Origin: a virus
DNA: 64,000 nucleotides
Reading direction: 5' to 3' (one strand)
IMG/VR virus record: IMGVR_UViG_3300035698_010295
Span: 13,668-77,667 of that record
Every line of letters starts with the position of its first letter. Position 1 is the first letter of the stretch. Below the pieces are notes generated by a model, which was not told the origin of the DNA, searched no databases, and worked only from the letters and a program-made list of their open reading frames with translations. This document shows, one piece after another, positions 47,401-57,783 of the stretch. Position numbers and translations under genes: made by a program.

Positions 47401-47997
47401 ATCAAGATAAACTATTGGCCTAAAATTTTCAATAGCTTCAACCTGTGTTGGTAAACTTTCACTAGCTGAAGCAAAATATTCATGTATTGCTGGGTCTTCA
47501 TCACCATAAGTTGTAGTGTCTCTGGCACAACGCATAGCTTGACTATTAACATCACTATGATGATACTTATTATTACTAGCCCATAATGACCACCAACCTC
47601 TAGCAGATACCCATTGACTAGGTCCTGTATGATATATTCCAGGTGGTGATTTAGTTGGATCAGTAGATTGTTCTTCATCAACATCCTTATTATTTATCCA
47701 ACGCTGTTTTATATCAGGTACAATGTAGTCTATACCATATCTAACAAGCTTACTACCACAACCCCATCTCAATTGATCAGAATCTGGATCAGCATCTATA
47801 ACTGGTGTCCACAAATCTGCATCGTCCCAATCATCATAATGACCAGCACCGGGATTACAAAGTAACCACAGTCTTTTTCGTAAATCCTCAAAAAAATCTG
47901 CAGAAATTGGCCTTTGCTCAGTATCAGTACCAGCAATATAATCATCAAGCCAAGTCCAATCAGCTTTTTCCCAATCTAATTGTACATATGTTACCAT
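44452..47997 (-). CDS. large virion/tail-associated protein
   Basis: 1181 aa, W/Y/D/G-rich, last gene of the tail module. Confidence 0.55.
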   Translation of the reverse strand: MVTYVQLDWEKADWTWLDDYIAGTDTEQRPISADFFEDLRKRLWLLCNPGAGHYDDWDDADLWTPVIDADPDSDQLRWGCGSKLVRYGIDYIVPDIKQRWINNKDVDEEQSTDPTKSPPGIYHTGPSQWVSARGWWSLWASNNKYHHSDVNSQAMRCARDTTTYGDEDPAIHEYFASASESLPTQVEAIENFRPIVYLDDVNIPHWQYKEKIPFDSKIITDPDYLGPVFDFRSGWTRTNIAVSGDSILKFHQSQQVYANQYGHSSSGQSNYSAGYGGQHGKLNGQTGNPEPELFQGLWNPKMYGGYQNHIEAILSTLSLRLPISTSGSNDWSNYGNNYEQYQLFCKNSSENWTSQNSAWENLIDIKSPLLGYHESGFEAMLAYKQSASYTVGSGYTYKHDWYFDTAKPYTAWGTVAGRADARSYGIGNVSLRANASSWNPADTDAVDTALPKPVACWRPTWQNSLGRVSRKYMRPYELGAPPDGDDYVDTAGYAGRYTENHAASPDTSIYYAWYQDGDWFTENALHITYFTEWSYDVYYIGKAKGHIKVLDTDKVIYETAYCVVKISGDKTNYILKGGVVFLSHSGWKRMVSADAVDVIDVWYQDTVPPDTSQTFFALGYTYVKVNVNLDESGLDYISNGGGLNVPNIKLSGSHHLSQRHDPIEIVYEHDEDDDTYTRHDVYTLKVELVQEMHELLKLAKWQKYDVGLESRSLVIVNNFNGSTPVEPTAHHNSSKILTTMFPSNPDDWDSYTPPADFSHIYTGAWHSPSHTKQQRGYWIAYTPSHTHDFSYAVGQYVGLGWPPYWMPWAQAFEYQTAVRAAQHVAEALNSESILIKLKYWDTEGTGAWNDSHGATTNHGFATGDTTDTPIEYYAYVGMEVGSSQFYRLYIPEWPFMDFSATNTGSLAGGMGTVTSTQCLMQEIFNCTVSNNDHFIFEIDWELVPEDVWTRDTWNAIEPPTNPFDDIWPPIPNPPPWRVLPWYYWEYTGSRFELKASMEVVSCEDVGGNPPVWYTSTINDVVQSATTSKSQTVTAANLPIQHFFGPWLSVSSQAFYSDTQVDFSCTNSEIAWGDIVELYDVNAKWRVGVCTYASAIVVQVRLNYDSNETPAKYIPTVTKLRVLSDYNFSLDPMRLYTYKMRTKDSASPPNYGKYNGRKTSVAPTEEPWEIYCDYYNYRKPTV

Positions 47998-49061
47998 GTA
48001 ATACTCTCATTATCAGGTGTTGTTATAGTACCACCACCATAACCAATAATATCACTACCTGTGTCGATGCTTATGTTTTGACCACCATTGTTAAATTTGG
48101 CTTGACCTGTATTCCATACTTCACTGGTTGTATCAACACCGATTTCTTTAGCACCATCAGCATTAGTAGCACCAGACGCATCTAAAATACCACCATTCCA
48201 AACTTCAAATTTATCAACGATTGATGTAACCGCATCCTTAACCTGCCAATAGAATGTACCACCAAAAATACGTAGTAAAGCACAATCCATATCAGCTTCA
48301 CCAGCATTATCTTCTGTACCCCAATAGAATGTACCACCTGTCATCAGTAATGGTGTATCTGTACTATTACTTAATGGGCTATCACAATAACAAGTACCAG
48401 CAAACATCCAAATCTCACCTGGGAGATCTGGGTCTTCATCAACATTAATACAACCTGTACCTATAGTAACTATGGCTGTTGAACCAATAATTTCCATTTT
48501 TGTAAAACAAGTATCATTTGATAATTGTAGTGCACCAGCTGCAACTTGTATTAAAGTCCAATCTGCTTTATAATCAGCAGTATTTGTATCACTGGAAATG
48601 ATTAAAGCACCGGCTGTTGAACCTATGTTCACTATTAAACGTGTGCAAGCAGCTTCTGTACCAAGATTATCTGCTAATTCAATATAACCATAACCCGTTC
48701 CTTCATAGATAATTTTAGAGTCTGCACTATTGCTACAGCCTAATCCTATAGGTGTGCCTACAAGACCAAAAGCACCATCATAAGTACTATGCACATGGAG
48801 AGTTTCAAGATTAGGTTGGTCAGTGCTATCACCACCAGTGACAGCTTGATAAGTATTATCATCAACGTTAAAATATGCTCGACTATCAAAGTGTACAGTA
48901 TCGCCATCTGCTGGCTTTATACAACCGACTCCAGTACTTACAAGCCGCCAATTACTGTTTGTATATGGAGAACCGTCATCAAAATCCCATTCACTATTCA
49001 AATCACCTGTTTGTTCAGTATCATCATTACCACCATTACCATGCCAATACATTTCTGTCAT
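47991..49061 (-). CDS. virion protein, beta-helix-like
   Basis: G/T/D-rich repeats, SNW and GDTVHFD motifs, tail module. Confidence 0.55.
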   Translation of the reverse strand: MTEMYWHGNGGNDDTEQTGDLNSEWDFDDGSPYTNSNWRLVSTGVGCIKPADGDTVHFDSRAYFNVDDNTYQAVTGGDSTDQPNLETLHVHSTYDGAFGLVGTPIGLGCSNSADSKIIYEGTGYGYIELADNLGTEAACTRLIVNIGSTAGALIISSDTNTADYKADWTLIQVAAGALQLSNDTCFTKMEIIGSTAIVTIGTGCINVDEDPDLPGEIWMFAGTCYCDSPLSNSTDTPLLMTGGTFYWGTEDNAGEADMDCALLRIFGGTFYWQVKDAVTSIVDKFEVWNGGILDASGATNADGAKEIGVDTTSEVWNTGQAKFNNGGQNISIDTGSDIIGYGGGTITTPDNESITW

Positions 49062-49069
49062 TAGTCACC

Positions 49070-51883
49070 TCACATGAAAACTGCTTGTACCTTAGTGTCA
49101 GCAACATTCCATCTTAAAGTGGAGGCTGACGGTGAACCTGCATAAGTTATTGTTTGAAGAAAATAATACACACCATCTTCTAAAATGATAGGTACTGTAT
49201 CACCACGTTCATACCACGGAAAACAATCTCTAAGATCACTATCGCCCATGCCTATAGCTTTTGAAATTATTACTTCATCTGTTAAAGCCCAAATTAATGA
49301 TACATTAGCTGCAATAGGTGCTTTGCCCACAATATCATTGTTGGGATGATCAACCCAATTAGTTGCTGTATAAATATCACCATTATATGTGCAAGTAGCA
49401 CCTGCTGCATAATCTGTTGTTGATGACCAGTCATCAGGCTCTGATGCTATTCTTACAGTATACCAACTTTTACCAGTAGGCATTGTTGAACTTAATGGAT
49501 CTGGTGCTGTGATCGGGCGAATCACTTCACACCACAATATTTCAGTTGCGGTAGTTGTTGGTTCTTCTGGTTCGGTTTCGGTATCTGGAAGTTCAGTTAG
49601 TGTTACTTCCTCAGTATCTTCTTCATGTGTGGGGGAGTGATCAGTTCCTGAACTTGTGGCAGTACCATCTTGTAGTTGATCAACAACATAATCTTTTGTT
49701 GCTAATCCTGTTGTTAAATCATCAGACACTGCCGACAGTGTGGCATAAGCATAACCACTGGCTGTAACAGTACCAGCCTCAATAGGTAACCAAGCTTCAA
49801 TAGAAATTTTACCTGTAAGGGTATCATGACTAATGTCTCTTATCATACAAATTATTGAGTCAGTACCCAGGAGATCATCTGTTAAGTCTAAAGTGAAGTG
49901 GTCAAAAATTTCTAATGGTAGTGCATTTAAATATGTTCTAAAATTTATAATACGCCATGATCTAGAGAATCTTCCTAACCAAAAATTAGACATCTCTTGA
50001 ACAAGAGCTTGACTATTATGCGTCCACCAAGTTTCTTGCAAAGGAATTTGACCATATGTATCTGTATTAAATTCAGTAATTAATTTACTTGGTTCTTTAG
50101 AATAGTCTAAATAATACTCAACCTCTAACCTAGTTAATATGTCTAAATAATTAGTTTGTGATATTTCAATTGAATCTATATCTATAACAGTATCATCTAA
50201 TGTAACATCTTGTGTTTCATCGGGTTCATCAAAAAGTGCTCTTATATAAATAGTATCATAATCTATAACTAACGCACAACCTGATTGATAAGCTATCTCT
50301 CTGCAAACTTCAAGGGCATTACGCTTTTCATTAATGACAAAGTTTATTTCTTGATTTGTTATTAAAGCAGAAACATCACCAAAGGTATCAGTGTCAATAT
50401 TTATTTCGGTATAATTATCAATAATGTATTCTATAGCGTCAGTAGCATCACCTGATTCTTGACAAACCATTGAAACATAAATACCAGAATCTTCCCAACC
50501 TTCTTGATCATAAAAAGATAAAGCATAATCTAATGTTATTAAAACGCAAGATGTTGGTTTAGTTAATTCTGTTGGCTCATCAAATGATGATGCAAAATCA
50601 TCACTAGGATCATATGTTTTATCTATAGTGTAATAAGATGAAGGGATAGGTGCTAGAAAACGTTTACCATTAACAGTGCGATAAGCTGAAACACCAACAA
50701 CATCAGTACTACTGCCCCCTGCTATGTTGGCAATATATTTTATATTAGCATCATGACTATCAATATATATCGTTGAACCTGAATCTATAGTTTGATCTGT
50801 ATTTATTACAATTTTATATGTAGTCAACATATATTCATAGTCGCGACCTATATTACTTGAACCCCAATCAGAAACACCAACAATTGATGTTGCATCAAGT
50901 GTAGATTCAGAGCCTAGTAAATCTGGCCAAGCATACTTGAAATAGCATCTAGTGCCTTTTTGAGCTATACATTTGTTGACCCAAGGTAAATCTTGATAAG
51001 TCATTTTACACCAGTGACCAACTAATCTAACACCATTAGCATAAGATGTTGAATCTAGCCACAAGTAGTGATAACTACCATAACCTGGATCATCAGAATC
51101 TCTAGCACCGAGGGTTACACTGGTAAATTTAGGTAACACAGTGCTAGAAAGTGTTAAATCATCATTGCTGAATGATCCTGTAAAATCAAGACCATCAATA
51201 ACTAAATCAAGTTGTGTGCTTTGTGGAAAGTATCTACCATTAGTCACACTGATTGTAGGATATCCAACACTAGCTAAATCAATAGGCTCTTGAAGAGTAC
51301 CTTTAAGTAAACCTGAAATTTGAAGTGCAGGAACATTAACAACTTTACCAAAACAAAGTGGCCAAACTTGATCATCAAAATCAGGTGTGGTATAATCAAA
51401 TTGTAGATGAGTTGTTGAGAAACCTACTTCAGATTCATCTAATTTAGTTTCAACAGAAAAAGAAATTGTTCTTTCATCTTCAGACCACGTAATAGGTGAT
51501 TTAATATCACCTTTAAGAATTTCTATTGTATCTGAAATACTTGTGTAACCTTGATATAAAGTACAAGGTATATTGTAAAAAGACTCATCCTGTAATTTAT
51601 CAAGAAAAGTAATATAATCAGTTTCAGTATCTTCAGTGTCAATTAATTTTACTGAGAAACTATTGGTATGTGCCTGATTTATAGAATCTAATCTTGAAGA
51701 TATTGCACCTATCTGTAAAATTGTACCAATAGCATTAGCGGCTGAGGAACCATCACCATCACCCAATGATTTATCAGCATAAAATAAAGTACCAGCATCC
51801 CATTCAATTTTTAAAATATTAATGGGTTCTGTACCATAATTAGTTGTAGAAAGAGTTTCTAAATCGGTTGGTAGTGTTCTCAT
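49070..51883 (-). CDS. tail tip/hub protein with a CBM5/12-like module
   Basis: Position after distal tail genes; WPLCFG; WSSTTDYAAGATCTYNGDIYTA. Confidence 0.65.
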   Translation of the reverse strand: MRTLPTDLETLSTTNYGTEPINILKIEWDAGTLFYADKSLGDGDGSSAANAIGTILQIGAISSRLDSINQAHTNSFSVKLIDTEDTETDYITFLDKLQDESFYNIPCTLYQGYTSISDTIEILKGDIKSPITWSEDERTISFSVETKLDESEVGFSTTHLQFDYTTPDFDDQVWPLCFGKVVNVPALQISGLLKGTLQEPIDLASVGYPTISVTNGRYFPQSTQLDLVIDGLDFTGSFSNDDLTLSSTVLPKFTSVTLGARDSDDPGYGSYHYLWLDSTSYANGVRLVGHWCKMTYQDLPWVNKCIAQKGTRCYFKYAWPDLLGSESTLDATSIVGVSDWGSSNIGRDYEYMLTTYKIVINTDQTIDSGSTIYIDSHDANIKYIANIAGGSSTDVVGVSAYRTVNGKRFLAPIPSSYYTIDKTYDPSDDFASSFDEPTELTKPTSCVLITLDYALSFYDQEGWEDSGIYVSMVCQESGDATDAIEYIIDNYTEINIDTDTFGDVSALITNQEINFVINEKRNALEVCREIAYQSGCALVIDYDTIYIRALFDEPDETQDVTLDDTVIDIDSIEISQTNYLDILTRLEVEYYLDYSKEPSKLITEFNTDTYGQIPLQETWWTHNSQALVQEMSNFWLGRFSRSWRIINFRTYLNALPLEIFDHFTLDLTDDLLGTDSIICMIRDISHDTLTGKISIEAWLPIEAGTVTASGYAYATLSAVSDDLTTGLATKDYVVDQLQDGTATSSGTDHSPTHEEDTEEVTLTELPDTETEPEEPTTTATEILWCEVIRPITAPDPLSSTMPTGKSWYTVRIASEPDDWSSTTDYAAGATCTYNGDIYTATNWVDHPNNDIVGKAPIAANVSLIWALTDEVIISKAIGMGDSDLRDCFPWYERGDTVPIILEDGVYYFLQTITYAGSPSASTLRWNVADTKVQAVFM

Positions 51884-52251
51884 GCTGGCACTCCTTCAAA
51901 CTCTAAAGTTATCTCATAACCTTCTGTTTGATAAAGTGTATCACATTTCCGATACTTAGCTGTCATTTCAAAAGGATTAGTTAACAGTCTTACATCAGTC
52001 CAAACATTATCATCCCAATCTGTTATGTCTATTTCTTGGTGCATGGCTGTTTTTAATGTGTCAAAAAGATCTTTAAGATCTTCATAAGCATTATAACCTA
52101 AAGTAAAATGGATGGTTTCCAATGTTGATGTTCTTTTGTATACTTGTATTGTCGAACCATCCCTAGCGTGATGAATAATAGGTTCTTGAGTGTTAGATCG
52201 TTGCTCATTACCCCAATCCGGATTTTTTAATGTAACTCCATTTATTATCAT
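51880..52251 (-). CDS. minor tail protein
   Basis: Synteny; resembles neighbour (TDWDDNVW, LEFEGV). Confidence 0.55.
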   Translation of the reverse strand: MIINGVTLKNPDWGNEQRSNTQEPIIHHARDGSTIQVYKRTSTLETIHFTLGYNAYEDLKDLFDTLKTAMHQEIDITDWDDNVWTDVRLLTNPFEMTAKYRKCDTLYQTEGYEITLEFEGVPA

Positions 52252-52712
52252 AATGCACCCTCTAAATACAATACACCTTCAAAGTCAACAGAAAATCCCC
52301 ATTTATCTGTACCATGTTGCACTAAAGGATTATTTGGCGTAGTTATAAGGCCACGCCAAATATCACCTCTTTGATCTGTGTAATCAACTTGATATCCAAC
52401 ACAAGCTTTAAGAAAAGCTAAAACAATGTCTTTAGTAGCATAACCATCTAGTGGACTATTATCTTCATAAATATTATTAAACGTTAAATTTTGATAATAA
52501 TATTCTTTGCCACCTGTAAGAGCATGTAAACGCCCTCCACGGCTTCTAGCCATTTTACCTTGACCTTGCATCCTAATACTATTCCCTAAAAGTGGTGGTT
52601 TTAAGGTTAAAATATTTGCAGAAAATCCTATTGGGTGGAACTGGACATAATTGGCCTGTTCAACGCCCCAGCCCCAACCTAACAACCAAGAAAATATATC
52701 AGGATAACCCAT
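52248..52712 (-). CDS. distal/minor tail protein
   Basis: Directly downstream of the tape measure gene; TDQRGDIW, VDFEGV. Confidence 0.55.
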   Translation of the reverse strand: MGYPDIFSWLLGWGWGVEQANYVQFHPIGFSANILTLKPPLLGNSIRMQGQGKMARSRGGRLHALTGGKEYYYQNLTFNNIYEDNSPLDGYATKDIVLAFLKACVGYQVDYTDQRGDIWRGLITTPNNPLVQHGTDKWGFSVDFEGVLYLEGAL

Positions 52713-52713
52713 T

Positions 52714-55700
52714 TTAATGCCTCATCATTCCATGTCTTAATTCTGATTTTAAAGCATATGCTATATCACGAGCCGTCATTCTGCTTGTATCACCACCACT
52801 AACATTGACGTTAATATCACCAATATTTGTGCTATTGTTACTAGTATATGGATCATGGTGTCCATAATTCATAGGGACTAAGCGTCCGAACATTTGTTGT
52901 GTGGCAGCCTTATTAACGACAAATTCACCTGGCGTTAGCATAGCTGGTACTATATCAGTACTTTTTGGTACAAACATACCAGCACTAGCATGTATTATAC
53001 CGCCTTTAGATTTGGTTGCCCCTTGAGACTCTATTTTAGCTTTATAAGCATTTAACCAAGCATCAAAGTCCTTTAAAAATTGCAAAAAAGCTTGAGCTTT
53101 TTCTGGTACAGATTCAAAATAGCTGGTCATTAACTGTTTCCATTTAATATGTTGAATTTCATATCGTGTTGCTAATTCTTCTTCATTTTGTGCCGCTGTT
53201 TTAGCTAATTTTTGAGCTTCTATTATTTTTTCTTTGTAGTTAATTAATTTTTTAGCATTTTGAATCATAACATCGAAACCATGAGCTTCAAGTAAATTTT
53301 CAGATCCGCCCAGTTGTATTCTAGATGTTCTTAATTCAATTAAATTTCTTATGTAATTTGAATTACTCAATTCCTCTAAGGCTAAATCAACTGCTTCTTC
53401 AGATGTAGCTAAAAGCAATTGGGCCATAGCCAGTTTAGCTGGTTCAAAATCTTCTGAACTCAGTGTTTTAAGAACAATACGTCTAACATCTGGGTCAATT
53501 TCTAATTCCATTAACTCATTTAGTGGTATTATAGCTCCAAGTGCTTCTTTACTTGCTAATCGCCTGTTATCATTTGCCCAGAATTTTGAAATTGTCATCT
53601 TAGCTATATCTTGTTGAACTTGATTTTGAAGTTCAGTGCCTTTTGTTATTACATCAGTTAAATTTGATTGTGCTTCAACAGTTATACTGTTGAATTCTTT
53701 CATCATTTGTGTTATAGTTGTAAAAAAAGTTTCAATTAATTTTATGGTTGGTTTTAATTGATCTTCTTCTAATTTTTTAGGTCCTAATATTTCTTCTTTG
53801 TTACGAATAGCCATTATATTGGCTAAGGCGTCTGGTTTATTTGAATCTATTATCTTAAATAGATCTGGCACTCCTAGCATTGCAGTCTGTAAGGCTAAAG
53901 TTATATTATCTTTTAATTTGTCAAATTTTAACTTGCCTAACTCTTCTTGGAATTTTAAAGGTGCTTCTGATACAAAGAAATCCCTAAGCAATTTCATATT
54001 ATCAATAGCTGTTTCATTTGCTTTTATTAATTGTTTAAGATTTTCTTGATCTTTCTTATAGAGTTCAGTTAATTTCTTTTGTGCTGCTTCAAGACCTAAA
54101 ATTTGATTGCTAAAATCAGCAACTTCCTCTGGTCTATTAGCAATAGGCTCAATTAAATTTTTTCTATCTTTAAGTTCTTTTATTTCTAATTTATTTTTTT
54201 CTTTTCGTCTATTAAGACTTTTTAAATCTGCTTCACTACTTTTCTTTGTTTTTTCTATTATATCAGCTTGAATTTGGTTCTTTTGTATATTTAAATCTTT
54301 GAGTCTTTTCTCAATTTTTATTATTTCTTCTTCAGCTTTTTCTTTTTCTTTATTTTTACTTTCTACACTTTTTTGTATATCAGTCGTTACTTGATCAGTT
54401 AACCTTTTGAATCTAGTATTAAGTTCCTCAGCCTTCTTAGAATCAACTGACGCTAACAACTTAATTTCCAACTCAGCAAGACGTTTTGCTCTTTGCTCTA
54501 TTTTCTCTTGACCACTTAATTTTTTATCCTGAATTTTGGCTATTAAGTCAACTGAACTGGTAGTTGATTTTCTGATTTTATCATCTAACTTTTCTATATC
54601 TTTAATAAAATCTTGAATCTCATCTCTGGCTTGTTTAACTACTTGTGCCATTAACTGTATAACATCAGTCATAACTGAACCAGTTGTATCTTGTAGATTT
54701 TTTATATCATTTTCTACTAATTCAATTTGCTCTTTAAGGTCTGTATAATATAAGTTTAAATCACCAACGCTAGCAGCAATAGCTTGTTGCATTTGTCTTG
54801 AAGCTTCTTTTAATCTATTTACTGATGCTGTTATATCTTCCAAAGCTATTTTTGCTCTTTGAGCTTGAATAAATTCAGCCCCCATATCTCTTATAGCTTG
54901 ATTTACAGCTTCAATCTCTGCGTGAGCATTCATTACACTAACAATTACATACGTTACCATTGCCGTGTAAAAAGTCATAGCACCGGCTCGCCAATTTAAA
55001 ATGGATGAACCAGCTCGACTGAAGTGTGTCTTTAGAGATATAGCTATTTTTTCTAACCCCTTAAAAGCTATATATAAAGAACCTCCCACCATCAAATATT
55101 TAGCTAATGATTCAACAATTCTAACTATTCCAGACACCTCTGTTGTAACACCTTGTGCATTTACTCTTGTCGTATTAAATCCAGACGACAATTTCATTAT
55201 ACTTTCAACAAAACCAGAAGCAAATTTACTAACAAACATATTCTTCATCTGATTCATGGTTTTAGTTAACTTTTCACCAGATGTTTGAAACTGTATCATT
55301 CTTGCAACATCATATGCTTTATCAGCAGATTCACCCATTTTATCTAAATTATCAGTGTACCTATCCAATTGGTTAATAAGAGCAGACATACCCATTGTAG
55401 GTCTTATGCGACCAAATAATTGAGCTAACTCTGTGTTTGTACCTTTAGTTTCCTCATAAAGTATTTTAAATGCGTCAGCTAAACCATAAACTTGTATCAG
55501 CTGCTCACCACTAGTTATGCCGAGTTTATCAAACAGTTCTTTCATTTTGTCAGTTGGTTTGGCTAACTTCATCATAATACCACGCAAAAGTGTTTGAGCT
55601 TCAGTGGCTTTAACACCCTGTATAGTGATGGTAGCTAACATTGCACCTAATTCTTCTAGGCTAACACCTAACTGAGAAGATACAACAGCTGAACGTCCTA

Positions 55701-56544
55701 GTGTATTGGCTAAATCTTTAGATTGTACGCGACCCAACTCAATAGTACGGAATAAAATAGCGGCTACACGTTCGACATCATGAGCTTCATACCCAAAAGC
55801 ATTGATTGCTGCTGTTAATAAATTAACTGACTCCATAGCCGTTGACCTGGTTATTTTAGCAAAAGCAAAAGCTGATTCTCCAAATCTTTCAACCTCTTGT
55901 CTACTACTTGCAACCTGATTTGAAAGAATTTGATATGCAGCTGCGGCAGCATCAACTAAATCCACAGCCCAAGCATTAGAAAGTCTAATTAGGGAATCTG
56001 CCCATTGATTTACTGTGGATCCAGCCTTTTGTGAAATGGTTTTAATCTCAGAGATTGCTGAATGGAATTCTTTCAGTGTTTGAATACCTTCACTAACTTT
56101 AGCCAGTAAAGCATATAATGCTCGTCTAATTAAAAAGAATGCAGCAACACGTTCTAGCTGACGGAGCATTAATTTAAGACCACTAAGAGATTTCTTAAGT
56201 CCCTCTGTATTTTGTACAGTCTTTTTTAACTGTTTCTCCATAGACATGAAGTTGCGTGTAGCTTTTCTTGTAGAGTTACTAACCTCTTTTACACCATGGT
56301 CTTGCTTTTGAAGCGTGAAAGTTAATTTCTCACCAATAGCGTTCATAGCTGTCATTTGATGAACAGCCACTGACACCATCTTATTGTTTTCACCTAATAC
56401 TTTAATATTCTTGTTGACAACTTGAGTAAATTTTGCACCAACTAGACCATATTTTTTTTCCAATTTGTCAAGATGTTTAGCTGCACTTACAGCCTGGGAG
56501 GCGTCAAACCCCATAGAGATTAAATTTTCTTGATTTGTCGCCAT
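52714..56544 (-). CDS. tail tape measure protein (TP901-like core)
   Basis: 1276 aa helical/coiled-coil, LGVSLEEL core, C-terminal DIVPAMLTPGEFVV. Confidence 0.9.
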   Translation of the reverse strand: MATNQENLISMGFDASQAVSAAKHLDKLEKKYGLVGAKFTQVVNKNIKVLGENNKMVSVAVHQMTAMNAIGEKLTFTLQKQDHGVKEVSNSTRKATRNFMSMEKQLKKTVQNTEGLKKSLSGLKLMLRQLERVAAFFLIRRALYALLAKVSEGIQTLKEFHSAISEIKTISQKAGSTVNQWADSLIRLSNAWAVDLVDAAAAAYQILSNQVASSRQEVERFGESAFAFAKITRSTAMESVNLLTAAINAFGYEAHDVERVAAILFRTIELGRVQSKDLANTLGRSAVVSSQLGVSLEELGAMLATITIQGVKATEAQTLLRGIMMKLAKPTDKMKELFDKLGITSGEQLIQVYGLADAFKILYEETKGTNTELAQLFGRIRPTMGMSALINQLDRYTDNLDKMGESADKAYDVARMIQFQTSGEKLTKTMNQMKNMFVSKFASGFVESIMKLSSGFNTTRVNAQGVTTEVSGIVRIVESLAKYLMVGGSLYIAFKGLEKIAISLKTHFSRAGSSILNWRAGAMTFYTAMVTYVIVSVMNAHAEIEAVNQAIRDMGAEFIQAQRAKIALEDITASVNRLKEASRQMQQAIAASVGDLNLYYTDLKEQIELVENDIKNLQDTTGSVMTDVIQLMAQVVKQARDEIQDFIKDIEKLDDKIRKSTTSSVDLIAKIQDKKLSGQEKIEQRAKRLAELEIKLLASVDSKKAEELNTRFKRLTDQVTTDIQKSVESKNKEKEKAEEEIIKIEKRLKDLNIQKNQIQADIIEKTKKSSEADLKSLNRRKEKNKLEIKELKDRKNLIEPIANRPEEVADFSNQILGLEAAQKKLTELYKKDQENLKQLIKANETAIDNMKLLRDFFVSEAPLKFQEELGKLKFDKLKDNITLALQTAMLGVPDLFKIIDSNKPDALANIMAIRNKEEILGPKKLEEDQLKPTIKLIETFFTTITQMMKEFNSITVEAQSNLTDVITKGTELQNQVQQDIAKMTISKFWANDNRRLASKEALGAIIPLNELMELEIDPDVRRIVLKTLSSEDFEPAKLAMAQLLLATSEEAVDLALEELSNSNYIRNLIELRTSRIQLGGSENLLEAHGFDVMIQNAKKLINYKEKIIEAQKLAKTAAQNEEELATRYEIQHIKWKQLMTSYFESVPEKAQAFLQFLKDFDAWLNAYKAKIESQGATKSKGGIIHASAGMFVPKSTDIVPAMLTPGEFVVNKAATQQMFGRLVPMNYGHHDPYTSNNSTNIGDINVNVSGGDTSRMTARDIAYALKSELRHGMMRH

Positions 56545-57090
56545 TTATTTGTACCTCGGAGAGTGGTAAAATCTACTGGAAATTTTAAAATATTTACCCA
56601 TATTTGGTTTACGTCGTTTTAACTCTGCAATCATCACTTCTTTACCTGCATCCCCCGCTATTTTAAAAGCTCGCCAAGGAGCACTACTTCTTAGATGAAT
56701 ACCCCACCTACTTGGGTCAATTTGATCATTAATATTAAAATGTTTCACACCTGATTTAAAATAGAAATAATATAGACCACCTTTTTCTCTAAATTCTGCT
56801 ACTGTATTTTTCTTACCTTCTCTAACTCTGCTCTTTAATTTATTGCCTCTATTATCTGTTGTTGGGCTAACAGACCAATGCATACCTACAGCTTGGCCCG
56901 CGACTAACAATGAGCCGTGGGCCATACCTGTATATACTGGAACAATTTCTTTGGCTTTACGAACAAAGACTTTAGCACCTTCTTTAACAGACATATGTAC
57001 AGCTTTCTTCAAAGATGCACTAAATCCTTTTTTATCAAAATTTATCTTTCTGAATTTAAATGTCATTGAAACTAATGGCGGTGCAATCAT
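56545..57090 (-). CDS. HK97 gp10-like tail component
   Basis: Basic; AKEIVPVYTG motif; tail operon. Confidence 0.5.
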   Translation of the reverse strand: MIAPPLVSMTFKFRKINFDKKGFSASLKKAVHMSVKEGAKVFVRKAKEIVPVYTGMAHGSLLVAGQAVGMHWSVSPTTDNRGNKLKSRVREGKKNTVAEFREKGGLYYFYFKSGVKHFNINDQIDPSRWGIHLRSSAPWRAFKIAGDAGKEVMIAELKRRKPNMGKYFKISSRFYHSPRYK

Positions 57091-57305
57091 AGTTTTAGTC
57101 CTGCCAATTGTATTTCTTCGTAATCTCGTATTTGGTTATAAGCAATGAGTTTACATTGTGCCCAAACACCACAATCGTCCCAGGAATCTTTAACACCTGG
57201 AGGTTTCATACTAAAACGTTCACAAATTCGCCAAATAGTATAGTCTAATGTGCGGCCATCGGGGAGCTTTCGTTTTGTTGTCCCTCCGACCTCGTAACTA
57301 AAAAA
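57087..57305 (-). CDS. -1 frameshift extension of the tail assembly chaperone (gpGT-like)
   Basis: T-TTT-TTA heptamer at 57305-57299; the -1 frame is open for 72 codons to a TGA overlapping the next ATG. Confidence 0.75.
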   Translation of the reverse strand, partial: FFSYEVGGTTKRKLPDGRTLDYTIWRICERFSMKPPGVKDSWDDCGVWAQCKLIAYNQIRDYEEIQLAGLKL

Positions 57306-57745
57306 CGGGTTCTAGCTTCCTGAATACGTTCTTCATTAAGGCCATGAGCATCCATAACACCTTTAATAAGTTGCAAAATTTGATATGCACTGAATCCACT
57401 GTCTGTAAGTTCTTTTCTATAGAGAATAAAAGTTTCTGGATTTGTAAAATCAACAGACTCCCAAGTAAGACCTTCTGTAGCTAATAGAGATTTTGCTACT
57501 AACCAATCAATCTTTTGGCCAGAATATTTGTCCATTTTTTCTAAGTATTTTGGATCATTTAAAAGGGGAATAGAAATCTTCTCACCTTTACGTATCTTAC
57601 TAGGTGGTGTAGGTTCTGGACATATTAAATCAAATTCATCCATATCAGCAATACAATTTGCTTGAAAAATTATTGTTTCTTCACCCCTAATAACTGGGAT
57701 TATAGTAACATTTGGTCCATTTAAATCAATGCCAGCAATTTTCAT
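57245..57745 (-). CDS. tail assembly chaperone
   Basis: Between major tail and tape measure genes; carries the slippery site. Confidence 0.7.
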   Translation of the reverse strand: MKIAGIDLNGPNVTIIPVIRGEETIIFQANCIADMDEFDLICPEPTPPSKIRKGEKISIPLLNDPKYLEKMDKYSGQKIDWLVAKSLLATEGLTWESVDFTNPETFILYRKELTDSGFSAYQILQLIKGVMDAHGLNEERIQEARTRFLVTRSEGQQNESSPMAAH

Positions 57746-57783
57746 TATAAACTCCGTGCTTTGGGTTAGTTAAGCCAACAAAA

